Both the position numbers and the translations under genes were made by a program. The notes beneath the pieces are model-generated. The model was not told the DNA's origin. It saw only the letters and a program-made list of their open reading frames with translations, and did no database searches. Shown in pieces: positions 27,935 through 30,946 of a stretch of DNA of 30,946 nucleotides. The number at the start of each line of letters is the position of its first letter. The stretch's first letter is position 1. The stretch comes from an uncultured Mycoplasmatota bacterium (GTDB taxonomy: Bacteria; Bacillota_I; Bacilli_A; RF39; UBA660). The stretch lies in contig CANTCQ010000013.1 in the NCBI GenBank assembly GCA_947652325.1, forward strand, positions 1-30,946, written 5' to 3'.

Positions 27935-28585
27935 CTAGGCTACTTGTTCTGCAATAATCTTAATCGCTAATTCTACCTTAGGAGCATTCTCTCCTCCTAT
28001 GTAAGCGTCATTTCCATATTTTGTATCTGATTTATCATTTTCCATTTTAGCTTCATCTGTTTCACCTTTTTCAAAAGGCCATTCCCAACCGATAGTATAA
28101 GTACGATTTAAAATAGTATTTGGTGCATAAACCGTTCCCGAATTAAATGTAGCATTTAATTCTCCAACTAGCTCAGCAAGGGTTCCATTCACACCTACAA
28201 CATCCCCATCAAAAGTAAAAACTATCTTATCAATATCGTTAAAAGTAGTTTTAGAATTCACATCTAAACTTAAACTATAAGCAGTTTCGGGAGCACCTGT
28301 TAATGTAAACTTATAAGTTCCACTTGTTCCAGGGGCCACAACATTTTGATGGTCCGAAGAAAGAACCGCTCCATCTAAATAAGATTCTTGAAATAAATTT
28401 ACATATATAAAATGTCCATCAGTATCTTTTTCACCTTTTGTTACTCCAATATCCCACTTAGCAACTCTTGCACCATCTGATATTGTATCTAATTTTGAAA
28501 TATACTTTGCTAACGTTCCACTTACAAAAAATGAAGTAACAGTCGTAATTACTAAAATAATTAACAAAATTCCTTTCTTTTTCAT
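27935..28585 (-). CDS. Exported protein of unknown function, TasA/CalY(camelysin)-like by motif
   Basis: Signal peptide ending VSGTLAKYISK (compare the SipW-cognate motif GGTLAYFTD). VAPGTSGTYKFTLTG resembles LKPGD..K.F.l.N. The C-terminal IGWEWPFEKGETDE...KVELAIKIIAEQ parallels CalY WVQFEFVDDGKDQN...LNLEWTFNANQ. A strong RBS, AGGAGG, is upstream. Confidence 0.55.
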   Translation of the reverse strand: MKKKGILLIILVITTVTSFFVSGTLAKYISKLDTISDGARVAKWDIGVTKGEKDTDGHFIYVNLFQESYLDGAVLSSDHQNVVAPGTSGTYKFTLTGAPETAYSLSLDVNSKTTFNDIDKIVFTFDGDVVGVNGTLAELVGELNATFNSGTVYAPNTILNRTYTIGWEWPFEKGETDEAKMENDKSDTKYGNDAYIGGENAPKVELAIKIIAEQVA

Positions 28586-28648
28586 TTTCTTTTCCTCCTG
28601 AAATATTTTTTTATATAAAACAAAATTTAAAATTGCTTTTCACATAAA

Positions 28649-28657
28649 ATTATAACA
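28649..28657 (-). promoter_or_regulatory. Extended -10 (TGTTATAAT), candidate promoter for the exported-protein operon
   Basis: Minus strand TGTTATAAT lies about 63 nt upstream of the ATG at 28585. The -35 is weak (TAGAAA). Confidence 0.35.
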
Positions 28658-28895
28658 TATATTTTATAATTATTTCTAGACTTTTTAATACAAAATATTC
28701 ACAAAGTTTCCATTTAAAAAATCAAATTCAAATATTAAATAATATAAATATTTACATTATTATAAACTTTTCTAAACATTATTTCAATAATGAATTCCAA
28801 TAAAATTACGATTAACAAATATTTGTATACATTATAATACGCAAACAAAACAAATGAAAATTATTTTATACTTATCTCCTATCTTATTTATCATT

Positions 28896-28928
28896 AAAAA
28901 AAACACATTTCTATATTTAAGAAATGTG
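28896..28928 (-). terminator. Rho-independent terminator inside the long spacer
   Basis: Minus RNA cacauuuc-uuaaauaua-gaaaugug (8-bp stem) followed by U8. Confidence 0.6.
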
Positions 28929-29408
28929 GAATATATAAATTTAATACTATCTATAATAAATTTATATATATGTCTAGTTTTTGTTTGAATTTCTCTGATT
29001 ATATTAGATTGCCATCACCACAAGATAATTCTATTAAATACAACATTCTTTGAAATTTTCTTACATCTTCTGTTTTTCAATACTGGTTGTACTTTGCAAT
29101 AAAATTTATACCCTATTGTGAAATATTTTCTAACACTTTTGATGCAATATATAGATTATCAATTACCATTCCTTTATATTTTTTTAACTCCTTTTCACTA
29201 AAAATTTCGTTATTTGTCAATATAATAATTTACTAACAATACATTGGTTATCAAAAAAATGACTAATACCACTTAAACAAACACGAACCATATTAATAAA
29301 GTAAGAAATAATGAATGGCTAATTTATTTAATATTTATTTGAAACTTTATTTTTCTAAATTGTCTTTGTACTTTAAGAATTTAATGAACTTTTAAAAAAT
29401 TAAAAAAA

Positions 29409-30701
29409 CTAAGAATCCAATTGAATTCTATCTTTTTCCTTAGTAATTTTTGTTTCATAAAATTTTTTAAAGCCTAAATACAAATAATAAGCATCTTGAC
29501 TTCCCATGATTTCTTTTGCTCCATGCATTGCAAGTTGTCCAAGACCGATATCAATAGAATCAATGCTAACATGCCTTAAACTAATTCCAGATAAAGTACT
29601 TCCACTTGTCATATCATTTTTTGTTACAAAATCTTGAAAAGGTACACGCGCTTTTTTACAAATTCCTTTGAAAATAGAAGAAGTAATGCTATCTGTTGTA
29701 GAAGATGCATCTTTCGAAATTACAATTCCCTTATTAAGTAAGGCTTCATTTGTAATATCACTATTTCCAGGATGATTGGGATGAGTTGCATGGGTATTAT
29801 CAGCGCTTAAAATAGTAGAATTATGAGCCAAAATGGAAATCTCTTTCTTTGTACTTCCCGCAATTCGTTTTAAAGTATCCATTAAAAAGGAAGAATCTGC
29901 TCCTTCTTTTGTTAAAGACCCTATTTCTTCACTATTAAAAGCACAAAAAATACAATTATTATTATTTTTTTTCGCATTTATAAAACCTTTTAAAGCACCA
30001 AACGTACAAGATAAATCATCTATTCGTGGTGCAAGAATCATTTCATTTTCCATACCAAAATAAACAGGAGAAACATTGGCATATAAAAATAAATCATAAT
30101 CACAAATTTCTTCTTTATTTTTTAAATTAATTTCTTTTGCTATTATTTTCTTAATTGGCTCTCTATGATTCTTTAAGGCAACAATAGGAATCATATCAAT
30201 TTGTGGATTCAAATTTAAACTATCATTTGCTTTTTCATTTTGATGAATAGCAACGCTTGGAATACAAAATAAATTTTTTTTTATATCTATAATTTCTTTG
30301 TAATAAGTATCATTTTTCTTAACAATTACTCTTCCTGCTAAAGAAAGAGGTTCATCTAACCAAGCATAATGCAGTAAACCTCCATAGGGCATAACATTAA
30401 TTTTTAAATAATTTTTTTCATAAAACTCATTTTTTGGTTTTATAGTAAAACTAGGGGTATCAATATGTGTACATGTAATAGAAAAACTTTCACTTTTTCC
30501 TATTGTAAAAGCAATTAATGATGCATCATTTCTGGTAATAAAATATTTCTTATTTTCTTCTAAATTCCAAGAATTATTTTCTTGCAATTCTATAAATTTA
30601 TTTTCTAGTAAAATCTCTTTCATTTTTTTTATTCCTGTAAAAGAACAAGTTGCTGCTTCTATAAATGAAAACAGTTCTTTATTGTATTGTTTGTTAGTCA
30701 T
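29409..30701 (-). CDS. M18-family aminopeptidase (aspartyl aminopeptidase-like)
   Basis: Motifs IDTPSF, RIDDLSC, NSEEIGS, DNTHATHPNHP and AMHGAKE are typical of M18. The preferred start is ATG 30701 (MTNKQYNK) behind AAGGTGAT. Confidence 0.85.
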   Translation of the reverse strand: MTNKQYNKELFSFIEAATCSFTGIKKMKEILLENKFIELQENNSWNLEENKKYFITRNDASLIAFTIGKSESFSITCTHIDTPSFTIKPKNEFYEKNYLKINVMPYGGLLHYAWLDEPLSLAGRVIVKKNDTYYKEIIDIKKNLFCIPSVAIHQNEKANDSLNLNPQIDMIPIVALKNHREPIKKIIAKEINLKNKEEICDYDLFLYANVSPVYFGMENEMILAPRIDDLSCTFGALKGFINAKKNNNNCIFCAFNSEEIGSLTKEGADSSFLMDTLKRIAGSTKKEISILAHNSTILSADNTHATHPNHPGNSDITNEALLNKGIVISKDASSTTDSITSSIFKGICKKARVPFQDFVTKNDMTSGSTLSGISLRHVSIDSIDIGLGQLAMHGAKEIMGSQDAYYLYLGFKKFYETKITKEKDRIQLDS

Positions 30702-30820
30702 AAGAATATCACCTTTTTTATTAATATGGTTTTTTTTGAAATATTTATGTTTAAATTCATGTGTTAATCGCACTTACGCAAAAATTTTAACATCATATTT
30801 TATAGTAAAGGAGGAAAAAA

Positions 30821-30946
30821 ATGAATAATAATGGAAATAGTCCAATGTACAATAGAGCAGTTGATATTGTAAATGACTTTGCTTGTAACCATCCACCAAT
30901 GGGATGCTGTTGTGGTGGAAGACCTATTCCTGGTCCTACAGGACCA
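30821..30946 (+). CDS. Collagen-like repeat protein (BclA-like), N-terminal 42 codons; continues off the right edge
   Basis: Hand translation gives MNNNGNSPMYNRAVDIVNDFACNHPPMGCCCGGRPIPGPTGP. A strong RBS, AAAGGAGG, lies 8 nt upstream. G-P-T triplets begin at the edge. Confidence 0.5.
   Translation, partial: MNNNGNSPMYNRAVDIVNDFACNHPPMGCCCGGRPIPGPTGP

Overview
Very AT-rich (about 25-30% GC by eye) chromosomal segment that looks like a low-GC Firmicute (Clostridia/Erysipelotrichia-like). It uses genetic code 11: TGA ends full-length ttcA and the signal peptidase gene. About 24 kb is ordinary housekeeping. This includes peptidoglycan genes that are scattered rather than in a dcw cluster (a PBP5-like DD-carboxypeptidase, murC, murD, murB). 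It also includes translation genes (tRNA-Glu, a long-form gltX, ttcA), a cyclophilin lipoprotein, an AlkD-like DNA repair gene, a CaCA antiporter and an ABC1/UbiB kinase. The rest of that stretch holds an EamA transporter, an ABCG-like ABC transporter, a Y-family polymerase plus YolD-like pair behind a LexA-like box, an OmpR-type two-component system next to a MacB/FtsX-type ABC transporter, a YhdF/YghA-like SDR and an M18 aminopeptidase. No transposase, integrase, CRISPR array or rRNA was seen. The least ordinary part is 25.9-29.4 kb on the minus strand. There, a strong-RBS gene for a 216-aa exported protein with a TasA/camelysin-like signal peptide and strand pattern is followed by a dedicated P-type signal peptidase I. 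Next come a secreted Ig-like protein carrying an in-frame (AAT)n poly-Asn microsatellite and a translationally coupled PH-domain protein. An 823-bp ORF-free spacer lies upstream. I read this as a candidate, poorly described extracellular fibre/matrix module analogous to sipW-tasA. Other points of interest are a 597-aa extremely Lys-rich membrane protein with a DUF4362-like ectodomain, GTCA direct repeats at 11-bp spacing in front of both the ABC and the two-component operons, and a Cys-rich collagen-like (BclA-like) gene starting at the right edge. All family calls come from motif recognition by eye; no searches were run.
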